From Promethearchaeota archaeon (GTDB lineage: Archaea; Asgardarchaeota; Lokiarchaeia; Sigyniarchaeales; SOKP01): a stretch of DNA of 64,000 nucleotides. A program made the position numbers and the translations under genes. Position 1 is the first letter of the stretch. Each line of letters opens with the position of its first letter. The stretch spans positions 160,001 to 224,000 of the forward strand of contig JAHPZA010000006.1 of NCBI GenBank assembly GCA_019058445.1, written 5' to 3'. Below, in pieces: positions 62,567 through 64,000 of the stretch. The notes beneath the pieces are model-generated. The model saw only the letters and a program-made list of their open reading frames with translations, searched no databases and was not told the origin of the DNA.

Positions 62567-64000
62567 TTATTTTCCATATTTTTCCTTGTATAATGGATCT
62601 GCTTCCTGTAACGCTCTTCTCTGAACTTTGCCGATTAGGTTTTTAGGGACCTCTTCTATAAATTCAATAAGTTTTGGTACTTTCCAGTAAGTCATATTTT
62701 TATTAGCCCATTCTCTTATATTTTCTTCGGTAATTTTACCAACATAATCTGGTTTAATAGCAATCCATGCTTTTGCTATTTCTCCCACTTCTTCATCGGG
62801 TAAGCCTGCCACTGCTACTTCTAAAACCGCTTCATGCTTCATGAGTAGAGTTTCAATTTCTGTGGGAAAAACAGAGCGACCAGCGACTTTAATTAGTTGT
62901 TTCTTTCTATCACGAATTGAAACACAGCCATCCTCTCTCATGAATCCAATATCACCTGTACGGACCCATGTACGTCCATCCCATACTTTTAACGTATCAG
63001 CAGTAGCTTCTGGTTTATTTAAATACCCTTTCATAACCTGAGGCCCACATACACAGATTTCTCCCGTGTGTTCCTCTCCATATTTCGAACCAGGTAATCC
63101 ATCAGCAATGGGACCAGCCTTAAAATCGTCAGGATCAAAAATTGCCCAATCTGTACCGGGTATAGGCATTCCAACAGTACCAACTGGATTATCACCAAAT
63201 AAACTATTCGCACTAGAAACGCAAGTAGTCTCAGTTAACCCATAACCCTCTACCACTCTACCTCCTGTTCTTTCTTGAAATTTTTCTTGAACAGGTCGGT
63301 GCAATGGACCTGCTCCTGAGACACATAATCTCATTTTTCCCGATAGATTTGGATATGGACTAAGATCTGGAAAATCGGCAATTCTTTTAAAAAGAATTTC
63401 AGCTCCAGGATAAGCAAAACCTTGTGGTGCAGGCATGTCATTTATTACTTGAAGTAATTCATCGGTAGGAGGTGGTCTTGTGAATAATAGCATCCAACCA
63501 CCAGAAGTAATCGCTGCATTCATAACAGCTGTTATCGCAAAAGCATGAAACATAGGCAACACACCTATAACTCCCATCCCAGGCTGCTCCCCTCCAAATA
63601 TTAATCTTACTTGTACGGCATTACATACAATGTTAAAGTGAGTTAATATTGTCGCCTTAGGAACTCCTGTCGTACCTCCTGTCATTATATAAGTTCCAGT
63701 GTCTTCTACAGGATTAATATTCACGTCGGGGACGTCAGGCTCATTCGTTAAAAGCTCATAGAAATTATACGAGGGCTCGAAATCGATTTTTCCCTTACGA
63801 ATCTTACGTGTCTTTCTGGCTATATGATCTTTAAAGCTTTTGGTACCACTTACTAAATCCGCTACATTTGTATAGATTATCATTTCGATGTCAGTTTTAT
63901 CTATAATTGGTTTGACTAATATTTCATACATGGCTTCTAGTGTGATTATAGCCTTAGCTCCTGTAGTCTCTATGTGGTGTAAAACTTCAATAGGTTTATA
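62567..64000 (-). CDS. Long-chain acyl-CoA synthetase; 5' end lies outside the window
   Basis: Frame open to the window edge (YKPIEVLHH...); TGGTTGVPK, GYGLTE, RTGD, GKVQRR. Confidence 0.92.
   Translation of the reverse strand, partial: YKPIEVLHHIETTGAKAIITLEAMYEILVKPIIDKTDIEMIIYTNVADLVSGTKSFKDHIARKTRKIRKGKIDFEPSYNFYELLTNEPDVPDVNINPVEDTGTYIMTGGTTGVPKATILTHFNIVCNAVQVRLIFGGEQPGMGVIGVLPMFHAFAITAVMNAAITSGGWMLLFTRPPPTDELLQVINDMPAPQGFAYPGAEILFKRIADFPDLSPYPNLSGKMRLCVSGAGPLHRPVQEKFQERTGGRVVEGYGLTETTCVSSANSLFGDNPVGTVGMPIPGTDWAIFDPDDFKAGPIADGLPGSKYGEEHTGEICVCGPQVMKGYLNKPEATADTLKVWDGRTWVRTGDIGFMREDGCVSIRDRKKQLIKVAGRSVFPTEIETLLMKHEAVLEVAVAGLPDEEVGEIAKAWIAIKPDYVGKITEENIREWANKNMTYWKVPKLIEFIEEVPKNLIGKVQRRALQEADPLYKEKYGK

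Noticed and set aside
1-64000. tRNA, rRNA, CRISPR array, transposase or integrase
   Set aside because: None recognised by eye. The splicing endonuclease and ligase genes are also not in this window.

Overview
AT-rich archaeal window, most consistent with an Asgard archaeon (Lokiarchaeia-like). That placement is an inference from gene content: thiolase-like/DUF35 pairs, acyl-CoA ligases, enoyl-CoA hydratases, AOR, CdhA, an LRR protein, and multi-TM methyl-accepting and Cys-rich membrane proteins. About 1-33 kb and 58-64 kb encode fatty-acid/lipid catabolism, 33-43.6 kb signal transduction, and 43.6-57 kb a metal/Fe-S cofactor cluster plus cdhA sharing a palindromic operator (TGAATAATTATTCA). 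Main result: two lipid-catabolism genes that look broken (a FadH-like 2,4-dienoyl-CoA reductase and a thiolase-like gene) contain three 29-30 nt insertions. Each folds into an archaeal bulge-helix-bulge (BHB) splice motif, and cutting at the canonical tRNA-splicing-endonuclease positions restores the full reading frame in all three cases, so they are candidate mRNA introns in ordinary metabolic genes. Other observations: an unannotated 38-aa secreted-peptide ORF, a triplicated promoter plus gene-5'-end repeat separating unrelated genes, probable ATT/ATA starts, and sensor proteins with swapped output domains. All calls come from reading the sequence by eye; no searches or folding programs were run.
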